Assembly (NCBI RefSeq): GCF_048593235.1
Contig: NC_133618.1
Coordinates: 434,166,947-434,230,946, forward strand
Length of the DNA stretch: 64,000 nt
Origin: Sminthopsis crassicaudata
Taxonomy: Eukaryota
Reading direction: 5' to 3'
Shown here in pieces: positions 25,846-38,410 of this stretch. The notes under the pieces were generated by a model, which searched no databases, was not told the origin of the DNA, and worked only from the letters and a program-made list of their open reading frames with translations. The number at the start of each line of letters is the position of its first letter. The first letter of the stretch is position 1. Position numbers and translations under genes: made by a program.

Positions 25846-28800
25846 AGAAATTGAGGGGTGGAAGCAAAAAGTTCAGTCAATTTGGAATCAGAAGGTCTAG
25901 GCTCAACTCCTAGACCAACTGAATACTTCTTTTGTGATCTTGGACAAGTTATTTATCTTTTCTTTCTCCACCTCCCCCTTCTCCTATCCCAGCTTCCTTG
26001 TCTATAAAGCAAGAAGATTAATCTAAGTAACTACGGTACTTTCTAGCTATAAGGCCAATATTCTTAAATAAAACCATTTTCTACCACCCCTAAGAAGTGT
26101 CCCAAATTTTAAAGAACAGATCCAAATAATGTAACTGAGTAGGGAAGACCTCAAATTTCTTTCCAACAACATTGGCTCTAAGTATCCTTTTCCCCTTAGG
26201 TTCGGTTCTTCATTGTATTTAGAGATGCCAGTCTGAAGCTTTATTTGAATAACAAAATCAATTATGCCTTAACAACATACAAGCAGTTACGAATGCCTCA
26301 AAATTGGTGGCCATCAACAATTCATTAAACAGTTGTGTTGTGTCATGCATCTTACTAGAATACACACCCCAGCACTATTTTCTTTGCATTCATAACCAGC
26401 TCTATAAAATGCAGAAAATGTGCTTTCAACTATTAATGTATTCAAGAGGAATAAGTCTGTCTATTATTGCCTTACTATGAATACTAGAACACTTCTAACT
26501 ATGTTCATGGGCAATCCAGAAGAGTTTTGAATATTTTTATAATAATAAAAAAATTTCTTTCTGGCACCATTAAAAAGATCTGTTTAAATATTAACTACCA
26601 TAGTGAAATCTCAAGAGGAAAAAATATAACAAAAGCAGCTTTTATTAAAGCCATGTAGCAGAAGACTCAACCTTAGCAGAGATACCTTTATTTCATATCA
26701 CATAACTACTTCTCAAAGAGATAATCAGATACCATGGTAAAGCATTTTGAAAAGAGTGACCCTTTAAATTTGACCACCAAAAGTCCATTGCAGTGGCAAC
26801 TTAGAAAAAAAAAAATTTTTAATTCTTTTGTAACCCTTGCAATGAGATTACCATCTAGGCCAGTCACTATACAAACACTTTCTCACTATCTACCAATTTA
26901 ACTAGTAGCCTGAGTAATAACCTCCACAGAAATCACTGAAGAAGAGGGAATTGACCTAGTACCTGAAAGACAAGTTTCCAAATACAACATTCATGAAATA
27001 AGCATCAATCCCACGGGAAAACAAATTCAGAGGGATTTCAGTTCAAGTGCCAATTTTTCAGCTACCTCAGAGATTCTGTCAAAGTAGTTTTCTGATATTT
27101 GCAATCTGGTGTCATTGAACAGTCACAGTACATTACAGAGTGGTATGGCAAGAATATATATCAAGCAAGACATTTCAGATCAAATGGTCCATGCTCAGAA
27201 ACGAGAGAACACACCCTTGTGATCTTCAATATCCCTACCTGGACACATATGAAAGGTTCAAAGAGCTTCCATAGCCCTAGTAAATAAAACTAAGCAAATG
27301 GATCACAATAATTAAAAGCTAAACATCTCTTATTGGAAACTTTCAAGATATTGAGGGAAGTAAATATAAACCACAATCACATTCTTCTGATGTGTAATGA
27401 TGCAGACATGCACTGTAAATTTTAAACAAGGCTCATGCTCTGTGACCCATATAAAGCCATATCTTTTGCAAGTGTGCTTGCATAGGGAATCATCCTTGAT
27501 TAACTCCAGGCTTGCAAGGACTTCTATGTGACAGAATGATTTAACATTCTTCCCATCTCAGAATGCAAGGAGATTTGGGATCCCTCACAGGGACATACGT
27601 CCAGAGGCCATATTTACATTGCTCAACAGGATCTGTGAATGGGCACTATGCTATAAGAAATGCTACCTTCTTATCTACTGCCCCTTGGCACCAGGAGTCT
27701 GTCAACTGTCAATAGTAATAGATCATGCTCCAACATACCAGGTTGTGTGAATGAGTAATGAAAGAAGTGGTCACATGGCTACCTGAAGCAGACACCAGAG
27801 AGGAGATCTACTCACTGTCCCCAAAACAGCTATAAGAAATGAGGAACATTAAAAAAGGAGAATTCTGTTCTCCGAGACTCTTTAAGATAGCAAAGGACAA
27901 AACAATTAGGCATACAAATGCAGCCAACTCTTTGTACCTACATGAGAATGAATATGTTTCATTCACAGATCCTCTTGTTACAACTCACATGTCTAAAGTT
28001 GACAGGACTTACTGATGGTCACATTTCTTTGTCAGAGTCACAAGAACATAGAGTCTTGAACAGAAGGAGGAACTTGCATTAGATTCTGTTATTGCAGTAG
28101 CTGCTTAGTTCTTACTGAAGATATGTCATAAGACAGGAAATGTAATCATGAAAATAAGAGATTAATTTCTACCATCTTTAAGGCTCAAGCTCTCAAGCCA
28201 GACACCAATGTAAAATCCCATAGTGACCTCAGAAGCACTTCATTTACCTTTCCATAGAGTGAGAAATCATGGATGTAGAACACTACAGAAAATTTCAGGC
28301 TTTTTTAAATGTACTAATTAGTTTTCTTTAACTTTTTTTTCTTCTTTTATTTTTTTTTTGAAATGAGAAGGGATACAGTGAGAAAAGATATTGTTAAAAA
28401 ACAAAAATGAATTTTTTTGAAAAAAGAGTTGAGTTCATCCTAAAATTTTTCATCCTCGTAATGTAACATACGAAGATGAAAAATTTTAGGATGAACTCAA
28501 CTAGCAACAATGAACAAGTAAGCTGCCCAAAAGCAATTTTTTCTCCCAACTAACAAATACAGAATCTTACAGCTGAAAGAGACCTTAGCATTCATCTAAT
28601 CCAAACTCCTTATTTTGCAGAGGATGAAAATTATCTACACGAGTGAATAATTTTATGTGACTTTCTGTCCAAAGTCACAGCATTAATGAAAAACAGTGAA
28701 GTTCTAACTCACAGTTTAAGAGTTAGCTTTTTTCATCATACCACACTACTTCGTAGCAGAATGCCAAGTTTGAGTGAATCAAAAGCCACAAGATTCTTCT

Positions 28801-28926
28801 CTGAGAAGTCAAAAGTAATGTTGCTTTGGAGATGGGCGACTTAAGAGACAGAAAACCCCAAAATATTTTCTATATAACAAGCTCCAGAAGTCCTCCATGC
28901 CCCATACCTGACTCCATTGCTCTTAC

Positions 28927-29030
28927 CTTAACAGGTCTTTCTTTTCTTACCTTAACAGGTCTTTCTTTATTAGACAGACATTCCTCTTCTCTCTCTAATT
29001 CAAGAAACTGAGATGGACTTAGCTGTGTCT
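28927..29030 (-). CDS. UIMC1: UIMC1 exon (exon 9 equivalent), TQLSPSQFLELEREEECLSNKERPVK[VRKERPVK]; ends at 28951 (80 nt) or 28927 (104 nt)
   Basis: ttgtattgcag|AGACACAG. N-terminal part matches human ETQLSSSETFDLERE. Two identical AAG|GTAAGA donors 24 nt apart. Confidence 0.92.
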
Positions 29031-29191
29031 CTGCAATACAAAAACAAATTCTTCTATGTGATTTCTATTCTCCAAACTCAAACTTTATTAGATAATAATT
29101 CAGTTTTCATCTTGCTATGCTGTCACACCATCTGTAAATCATTTATTAATAGTACTATATCTATCTATCTATCTATATATAGTACTATCTC

Positions 29192-29194
<3 letters not shown>

Positions 29195-29230
<36 letters not shown>
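29195..29230. repeat. (AC)18 microsatellite after a (CTAT)n run
   Basis: Direct read. Confidence 0.95.
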
Positions 29231-29234
<4 letters not shown>

Positions 29235-29394
29235 TTCAGTCAGTAGAAGCTACTCTTATTAGTGCTAATGCTGAAGGTATAGCAGGGATGTACTAAAATA
29301 AATGAGGTAGAAATTTGTAAAAAGAAAAAAAAAGAGTAAATCAAAACAAAGGTAAACTAAACATAGCTGTACTTCTCACCTGATAACTTTTTAA

Positions 29395-29645
29395 GAGCTA
29401 GCTGGTACAATGGCTAGGATGCTGGGCCTAGAATCAGGAAGATTTGAGTTCAGATTCAGTTTCAAACATTTAGTAGCTAGGTGTATGACAAGTTACTTAA
29501 CCTATATTTGTCTCAGTTTCTTCATCTGTAAAATGAGGATGATAACAGCACTTGTCTCAGAGTTGATATAAGAAGTAATGAGAGTATTTGTACAGCACTT
29601 AGCATGATGAGTGATATATCCCAGGCACTATATAAATGCTTATTT
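29395..29645 (+). mobile_element. MAR1/MIR-type SINE
   Basis: gaatcaggaagatttgagttca...cagtttcttcatctgtaaaatg...caggcactatataaatgctt. Confidence 0.75.
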
Positions 29646-31095
29646 TAAAAATTCACACATATAAACACTTACATATGTATATGGACATACACACAAAAAA
29701 TTTATGTATCTTACATTCTACTTATGCTAGGCAGAGTGATAATCAAGTATGGTAAAGAGATTTGTGTCAGTATATAGAATAAATAATGTTATCTTTGATA
29801 TACAAAATGATGATGTAGCAAGATTCTAAAGTATCCCTTACATTATCAAACTAAGATTAAATTGTGGTCAGTACTATTTTAATATTAAGTGTCTCTTACT
29901 ATATGTGAATATTATGAAATTAGTAACTATACATTAACATTATTGATCAATATATCTGAGCATAATATTCCCTACCATGCTGCAGAAAATAGAGATTATT
30001 CTTTGTCAGGTTTTGCTAACAAATGTTATGAAAAAAGACAGATTCTTCAAAGGCAAGGGCTGATTACTGCTTGGACTACTACAATCATATAAAGTCTTCA
30101 CTTCTGATTTTGAGAAATGACTGAAATACTTGATAATAATGACTGCTAAAGTGGACAGCTGCCCATAAATACATGATGCTAGAATAATACATATTACAGT
30201 ACCATGCTACAATACTGCTGTTTTAACTGAATAATACCACAAAGTAACTACATTGTTAATGGAGTGCTAGAAGCGTAGAACTGTCAGAGATTCTAGACAA
30301 GATGCAAAAAACATGGCCTAACTTCTCTCCATCTTTTTCACCTAAAAGGATCAAAACATACAGAATCAATTTATATCTAATATGAAGATTTCTTTTTTTT
30401 AAAAAAGTTTGCTTTTTCTAGTAGGATCTCTTTAGGCAAAAGGAATATTAATGGTATAAAAACCCTTTGCAATCTCACTTAGAAGTAGTTTATGTCAGTT
30501 ATTAATTGAACTTAATTATCAAGTTAATGACAATGAGTCATGACCATAAAAGCCATCCAACCTCAGTCATGGAATGTTTGGCTTTTCCTCTCATTAATTG
30601 TGGCTTTTGAGATCATTGTTATTTCCAGGTCCCTCTCTGTTGGAGTTTGCCATGATGTCAGATGCTATCATTCTAGAAAATGGAGTTAGTGATTTGAGTT
30701 GGAATTAGTGACACTCACCAAGAGTGTCTTTTTCATAAAGATAACATTCCTGGGGAGTACAATCTTACCAAAAGCAGAGCAATTAGCAGATGGGTCGGTC
30801 TTCTGCAAGAACCTCATTTTATGCAAACTGAGGGAGGACAGAACCGGGAAGAGGAACCATCCTGTAAAAAATTACTTCTAACCCTAACGTCTTAATTTTA
30901 AAAATAAAGTGTCATACTAACCCCAGGCTATGATGTAAGATGTTTATGTTCTAGACTTTGTCTAGAAAAAAACAAAAGTTTCTCTGGTGGACCTAATAGG
31001 ACCTTATAAAAGCCAGGAATAATGACATTTAGGTACAGAGGGGAAAAATAAAAAAGAAAAGTAGTCATCCAAATTCACTTGAAAATCTACTCTGT

Positions 31096-31235
31096 ATGAA
31101 GCAGCTAGGTGGTGCAATGGATCGAGCACTAGCCTTGAAGTCAGGAGGACCTGAGTTCAAATGTGGTCTCAGATACTTAACACTTCTTAGCTTTGTGACC
31201 CTGGGCAAGTCACTTAACTCCAATTGCCTCAGCAA
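31096..31235 (+). mobile_element. WSINE1-type SINE
   Basis: Full head and core; 15-bp TSD gaaaatct[a/g]ctctgt (31081-31095, 31236-31250). Confidence 0.92.
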
Positions 31236-31434
31236 GAAAATCTGCTCTGTGGCAATACTTGTTAGAAGGTAGATTAGTTAACTTGGGAATAGGAAAAGAC
31301 CTGAGTTTAAATTGCTTGCTAGTTGTGTAACCCTCCCCCTCAGTTTCTTCATCTATAAAATGGGGGTATGAAAAGTACCTCACCAATCAAATGAAGTGAC
31401 AGGACTTCTTAAACCTTAAAGCACTACACACTTA

Positions 31435-31438
<4 letters not shown>

Positions 31439-31478
<40 letters not shown>
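31439..31478. repeat. (AC)20 microsatellite
   Basis: Direct read. Confidence 0.97.
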
Positions 31479-31480
<2 letters not shown>

Positions 31481-32293
31481 TTCCAAAAGAATCTCAGTGC
31501 AGTTAAACTATGTAAGCTTAAAACTATACTGATAGTTTTGGGATAGCCTGTATCATCATCATCACAATAATCATATAATAATGTATATAATAATTCTGAA
31601 GTAGAAAGAGCTACCTTTGAGAAAGAATGAGTTCTCTAACACTGGGAATTCTTATTAGTGCATATTAATTATATAATTATAATAATGATGAGAAAATCAT
31701 CACCTCCCAATGAAGCCCTTTCTACTTTCTGATTATTATGTACTTTTCTCTTGCAACCTAATTTCTATAATTTATAAAATTAAAATACAATGAGGCAGCA
31801 AGCAAGGTTAACTGTCTATCTGAAATGAACAGTCAAAAGGCAGTGAGAGTTGTAGCACAAACTCACTCTCTTGAATTGTTACAACAATACGACATTGAAC
31901 TACAACATAAAAAGAAAATCACTGTAAATAATTTTTCTTTGATAACAAGTAAGTTAGCACACCAGCTTTGCAAGATACACTAAACCAACACACAAGATCC
32001 AATGGGTCCAAAAGCAGTGGTTAATAAGCAAGTGCTATTCCTGGTGCAATGCTGGCATCTCTGAGGAGGTTGGTATGCAAACAAGGAAATAAAAGTCATG
32101 TTAATTCCAACATTTAAAAAATATTCTCTGGAAGAAGAGAGGGAGAAGAAGAACTAGAGAGTTAGAGATAGTCTACCAAATGGATTGTGGAATTTAAAGC
32201 AAATCAAAAGAACTTTAAAAAATGTACTGAAGTGGGATTTAAAAACCAAATAGAGAATATGCAAATTTTTGCAAAGTTAGCAGAGGCTCTTAC

Positions 32294-32379
32294 CTGGGCA
32301 GACTGTGATCTCTTCTGCAGAGTTTTTCTTGTCAATGACTGGACTTTTCTTACTGGTCAATATGCTTAGAGCAATGGAG
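32294..32379 (-). CDS. UIMC1: UIMC1 exon (exon 8 equivalent), SIALSILTSKKSPVIDKKNSAEEITVCP(E)
   Basis: tcctttttcag|CTCC ... TGCCCAG|gtaaga, 86 nt. Matches human LTSKRSLVLMPESSAEEITVCPE. Confidence 0.95.
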
Positions 32380-35309
32380 CTGAAAAAGGACCAACAGTCA
32401 AATTCCCAGTAAAATAAATCAGGAGTAAGATCAAAATAATGCTGAGTAGCAGTATATTAGACAATGTATCTGAAAATACAAAATGACAGCATATTTGACA
32501 TCTGTTATCCCACAAAAATGTTTAAAAAAAAAAAAAAGGAAATGTGAAAAGTGATGGTGGAAATACCAGGAGAAAAATGTGAAAATACAATAGGCTTGAA
32601 ACTTCAGTCCTAGAGAAATCACTACATAAAAAGGAACTCCTTCTAGGGAACTTACAATAGAAGGTTGAAGGGTAAGCACTGCCTGTGTGCATCAGAGAAG
32701 GCAAAAATCTCCACTCCAATCTAAGGATGTCAAAGGTTTGTTTTATATTGCCTATCTCAGGTAAGCCTGAACATTGCAGTGATTTGTACACTCAGAGCAA
32801 ATAACTTGGAGAGCTTCCTGACATTGCACTAGCTTCTTCCTACTTTGCTGTTAATTTCTTTTTTATCTCAAGATACTTCTTTCTAAAGCAGCAAAAAATA
32901 GGCTACAACTCTCCAAGCTGCCCTACAGCAAAAATCTGCCCACACAAGTTGAGCATCTATTTTGTGCAGAGTTTAACTATGCATGGCTTCTCCCTATCTG
33001 ACCTTCTGGTTCTCCCTGCCTGTTCACGGAATGCCATCTCTTCCTGACATAAGAACACGTGGTTTAGCAATGTGGGCATTCAGAGCTGGCCCCCTCTCGC
33101 TTCACTGAGCTTTACGATTAGTTTGATCAAGTATGCAAGAAAACACTTTTAAAAAAAACACAAATCCCCATGTCAACTGAGAACCACAGAGAAGAGAGAA
33201 CAGCCACCATTGATTCATGATAAATAACTAAATCCTGATAGGAAACCACAAGTGGTTTCTTTCTCTAAATAAAACATCTCAAAGCATTTGTTAGAAACCC
33301 AAGCCAGGCACAGTTTACTCTGCATGTAACATCAGGGCTCTATTCAAAGGGTCCATCACAAAACAATTTGCTGACATTTATAAAATGGGCTAATCAATTT
33401 GAAGTCAAACCACATTGCCTGCTACTCCAACTATCTCCTAGTGACAAAGCGTATAATCATTTATTAAAACCTACATCTGCTCTGCACAAAATTCACCACA
33501 ACAAAGCAAAGAGGTCCACAGGAAGCAGAAAGCTTTCTCCAGTTAAAACCACTTCCAAAACCATTTGAATAGCCTGAGAATTCAACTAAAGACATATTTT
33601 CCAGCATTGAAAGAAATTCTTCTAGGCTGGTATACAGGCTATGCTATCCCTTTGCTCCACCTACCCAAATCTCAAATAGATTTGAAGGCCTAACTCAAAT
33701 TTCAGAGTGTTTTCCTTGTCTCCTCCAATCTTCTCTATTCTCTCTCTGGTCAGAGCACTATGTGGATTCATCATCACCATTATAAGAACTGGGCCTGGGA
33801 TAAAGTTTGGCTACATAGAAAAGGAAAAAATATGAGCAAGGATAGATGGGAAGTAAGAATGATCTGTGAAAAGCCCAGATAACACATAAGTTATAACTAT
33901 GCAGGGAATACCCACCAAAGCAACTTGTAAAATCTCCATGGCTCAGAGTAGTGACTAGTCAGAGGCATAATTTGACAATAATAACTACCAATAACCAGAT
34001 TCTATCACATTGTTATAAAAAATTACAACTATATGGAAGTAAAGTATACAGGAAACATCTGGGAAAGACACCTACCTTTAAAGAGCTTATAATTTAATTA
34101 GGAAGACATGAATAGGAAATAAGGGGGAAAATAATACACAACTATATGTAGTTGTGTTAAATAAATAGTACCATGGGGATAATCAGTATGAACCCACAAA
34201 ATAGAAATTGTTACTAGAAGATGGAAGAATCAAGCTATGAAGCTGAAGCTGGTACTTGAATGAAAAGTAAAGAGGGGAAAAGCACAGAGACAAGAAGAGA
34301 TGAATTAACATGAAATAAAATTAACATATGAGTACATGAAGAAGGGTTGAGGGGCAAAAAACAGGAAAAGACCACCAAATTGGAACTGAGGTTCCTATAA
34401 ACACAATTTTTTAAAAGTCTCTGTAAAGACTATGCCAGGTGCTATTTAAACAAGATAGACTTCACCCTCAAGAAGTTTATAATATAAGGAGGAGGAAAAG
34501 ACAAGTAGATAGATAATAAAAAATATCATTAAGTACGTGCATTAGAAAAATTCAAGGACAAGTGCTGTTCCAAAGCAGAAGATCACTATGAATTGATAAA
34601 ATCAGGCAGTCTTCCTAGAGGAAGTGACACATGAATTGGACTTTACAGGATGGGCAGGATGCAACAGATTGGGGAATGGGGGGAGGGGAGGTGTTTGAGC
34701 AGGCTGAGATGAAGGGGATGAATTCCAAGCATAGGGAACAGAATGAATCATGGCAGAGAAACATGAAAACCCAGTGTTTGGGGAAGGCAGAGAGTACAAT
34801 ATGTGTGCAGGGAGTCGTAAAAAATAACGCCTACAAGGTGACAGAGTTTCAGAAAAAAAAGTTGTCTGAACAAGAGGCAACTACCTAGGTTCCACATTAT
34901 GTTTACCACTAAAATCCTAAAGTTCCCATCAGAGTAAATAATGATTAAAAAAATGAGAAAATACGAACAAATTTTTTCTTTTACCCTAGAAATATAGACT
35001 AAGTAGACCAGAAGCCTGCAGAATGACCTGAAAGAGGACACTTGTAAGCTGCAAGTGTCCTCTCTCAGAGACAGAGAAAATGCTAGGATTCATATGGTTA
35101 CATATCTGCGATAGGTTCTGTTTTTCTTGCTTTCTCAAGAGTTTAAAGAAGAGACAGAATTTAGAACTGAAAATAAAATGAAACTGATGAGGAAAAATGA
35201 ACCACCATGCCCAAAAGCCCAGGAATAGATAGACCAAGGCTAGAATACAGACCTTTAATTCAAGAAATAAAACATTATGGATGAGTAAATCAAAGACAAC
35301 ACTGACCAG

Positions 35310-36230
35310 TATGAAGGAAATGAGCAGAACCAAGGGCAACAAGAAGGCTATATGATGATCAATTATGATGGACGTGGCTCTCTTCAACAATGAGGTGATT
35401 CAAACCAGTTCCAATTATTCACTGATGAAGAAAGCCATATACACATCCAGAGAGGCCTGTGGGAACTGAGTGTGGAGTACACATTTTCACTCTTTCTGTT
35501 ATTGTTTGCTTGCATTTTGTTTTCTTTCCCAGTTTTTTTTTCCCCCTTCTGGATCCGATATAAGCATATTGGATTTAACATATATTTTAACATATTTAAC
35601 ATGTATTGGCTACCTGCCATCTAGGGGAGGAGGTGCGGGGAAGGAGGGGATAATTTGGAACAGAAGGCTTTTCAAGGATCAGTGTTGAAAAATTACCTAT
35701 ATATATGTTTTGTAAATAAAAAGCTTTAATTAAAGAAATTAACTGATTATCCCTGAATTGAAAAAAAAAAAAAAAGAAAAGGAAAGAATTAGAAATGAGT
35801 GGATCCCCATCCATTGAGGAATAGCTGAGTAAGTTATAGTAGATGAAAGTAATGGAATATCATTATTCTATAAGAAATGATGAACAAGTTGATTTCAGAA
35901 AAGTCTGGGAAGACTTACATGAATTGATGCTGAGTAAGGCAAGCAGAACCAGGAAAACATTGTACACTTTTACTGTTATGATCAACTATGATAGACTTAG
36001 CTCCTCTTAGTAATACAGTAATCCAAGACAATTCCAACAGACTTGGATGGAAAAATGCCATCTGGATGCACTGCGGAGACTGAATACAGATTGAAGCATA
36101 CAGTTTTTACTGGCTTTTTTTATTTTTCCTCTCTTAGATTTTTCCTTTTGTTCTGATTTTTCTTTCCCAACATGATTCATATGGAAATATGTTTTAAAAT
36201 GTACATTTTTACCTATATAAACAAAATTTT
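35310..36230 (+). mobile_element. Two adjacent L1 3' UTR fragments (about 35310-35775 and 35790-36230)
   Basis: gaaatgagcagaacc...tacctgccatctagggg, then an older ataagaaatgatgaacaag...aatgtacatt copy. Confidence 0.8.
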
Positions 36231-37229
36231 AAAAGAGCATGTTCTGCCTGAAATTCATGATTTTAAAATAATGAACACAGTATCTCAAGAAATCACTAAT
36301 GATAACTGTTCATTTCTATGAAAAGTAGAAGGCAAAGTAAAAGCAGAAAGCAATATAGTTACCTTCCCCTGAAAGAAATCCCAAAAGAAAAAGTTCCAAG
36401 AATGTCACAGACAAAATTCTAAACTACCACATCAACGAAAAAATTCTGCAAGAAGGAATTATAATAAGACTCACACAAAACGTAGTAGCTACTAGAATAA
36501 GCAAGAGGAAATTTTGGAAGAGGTACAGAAAGAGAAATACATTTTCATGTACCTGGACACTGTTAATTTTCATTGTTAAACTTATTTCTATACAAAGGGA
36601 TTTTTTTTTTTTTTTGCTGTCTTTCTCCAAATTTTTAATTAGGAGAAAACAGGGGGTCCAAAGGTCAATAATATAACTGAAAAAAAAAAAAAAGCCAATA
36701 AAATGCTCTTAATTGTGCATATAAGACAAAAGAAGTTCAGAAAGAAGCCCAGACATGCAAGACAATTTTGAAAGTAACATACAGAATTATATGCTTTTCC
36801 AATAAAGTTATATGAAATGGGGCACTTCACATAGCATCCTTTTTCTTTTTCTTTTCTTTCTTTCTTTTTCTTTCTTTTTTTTTTTTTTTTTTGGCTGTGT
36901 ATGAAAATGCATTGGGGGAGAAGAAAGGGGAAAAAATTCTATACTAGAGAAGGACATATATAAAGTAGTAGATGAAAAAAGTTTGGCTAGGTATAATGGA
37001 ACTAAGAATGAAGGATGCTGAAAACTGGCAGTAGAAATGAGATAACACAGTAAGAATCAGAAAAAATTTGCTACTGGAATTCCTGGGTCTACCATCCTAT
37101 TTCTTAGGATCAGTTTTAATAATTACCTTATAATAAATACAATTAAAGATGTTACTTCTAGACTTCACCTTTTTTTCAACAAATACTTTGATATTCATCC
37201 CCTTTTGTTCTTCCAAATGAATTCATTTT

Positions 37230-38410
37230 TTTTTTCCCTCAGCTAAAAATAATTTTTGGTAGTTTGTTTGGGATGGCACAGAATATGAAGATCAGTTTAG
37301 GTAGAATTGTCATTCTTATTATATTTAGCCATGAACAATATTTTTCCAATTATTTAAATCTGACTTTATTTGTGTAACAAGTGTTTTATAATTAAGTTCA
37401 CATAGTTGCTTTAGCAGGTATACTCCCAGATATTTTATATTGACTACTGCTGTTTAAAGAAACTATTATCTACTACCTCTTCTTGCAGGGCTCTGTTAGT
37501 GATATATAGAAATTCTGATGAATTATGTGGGTTTATTTTATATCCTGCTACCTTGATAAAATTGTTTCAACTAATTTCTTAGCAGACTCACTAGGATTTT
37601 CCAAGTATATTATATCATCTGCAAAAAGAGAGTGTTTTATTTACTCATTGCCCATTCTGGTTCCTTCAATTTCTTTTTCTTCCTGATTATTATTGCCAGC
37701 ATTTCTAGTACAACACTGAATTATATTGGTAATAATAGTTATCTTTTGTTTCACTCCTAATCTTATTAGGAAGACTTCAAAAACTTATCTGTTACAGATA
37801 ATACTTGCTGATGATTTTAGGTAGATTATTGTTGTTGTTGTTCAATCACTTCAGTCATGACCCCATTTGAGATTTTTTTGGAAAAGATACTAAAGAGGTC
37901 TGCCATTTCCTTTTTCAGCTCACTTTACAGATGAGGAAACTGAGGCAAATAGGGTTAAGTGACTTGCCAGGGTCACACAATTATTAAGTGTCTGAATCTG
38001 AATTTGAACTTGGATCTTCATGACTCCAGGCCCAACACTCTGTCTACTGTGTCTCCTGCCTGCCCCTTTTAAAGTACATGCATGTTATTTTTAAGGAAAA
38101 ATCTATATCTACACTTTCAAAAGATTTTAATTGGAATGAATGTTATATTTTGTCAAAAGCTTTTTGTCCATCTATTATATAATCATATGATTTTTATTGA
38201 TTTTATTATAATCAATATAATTTTAATGTAATCAATTGAGTTAGTAGCTTTTATTATATTGAACTAGTCCTGCATTCCTGATATAAATTCCACTTGGTCA
38301 CAATGTACAATCTTGTTGCTTAGGTAGTATTTTGCTTAGGATTTTTGCATCAATATTCATGAGGGAAATTTGGTCTACAATTTTCTCTTGTTTTAACTCT
38401 TCCTGATTCA
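37230..38410 (-). mobile_element. Old L1 ORF2 remnant interrupted by a MAR1-type SINE (about 37828-38065, minus)
   Basis: Antisense L1 motifs (ggtagaattgtcatt, tatcctgctacctt); SINE core tttacagatgaggaaactgaggc. Confidence 0.75.

Noticed and set aside
32640-32770. Two plus-strand GTAAGC donors suggesting a nested antisense gene
   Set aside because: The candidate exon has stops in all frames and no partner exons were found.
33002-33042. 41-nt AG/GT-bounded segment first considered as exon 7
   Set aside because: 39329-39393 fits better in similarity and splice strength; this one has a weak donor.
34986-35390. 134-aa hydrophobic minus-strand ORF
   Set aside because: Starts within the antisense of an L1 3' UTR; F/L/I richness reflects T-rich composition.
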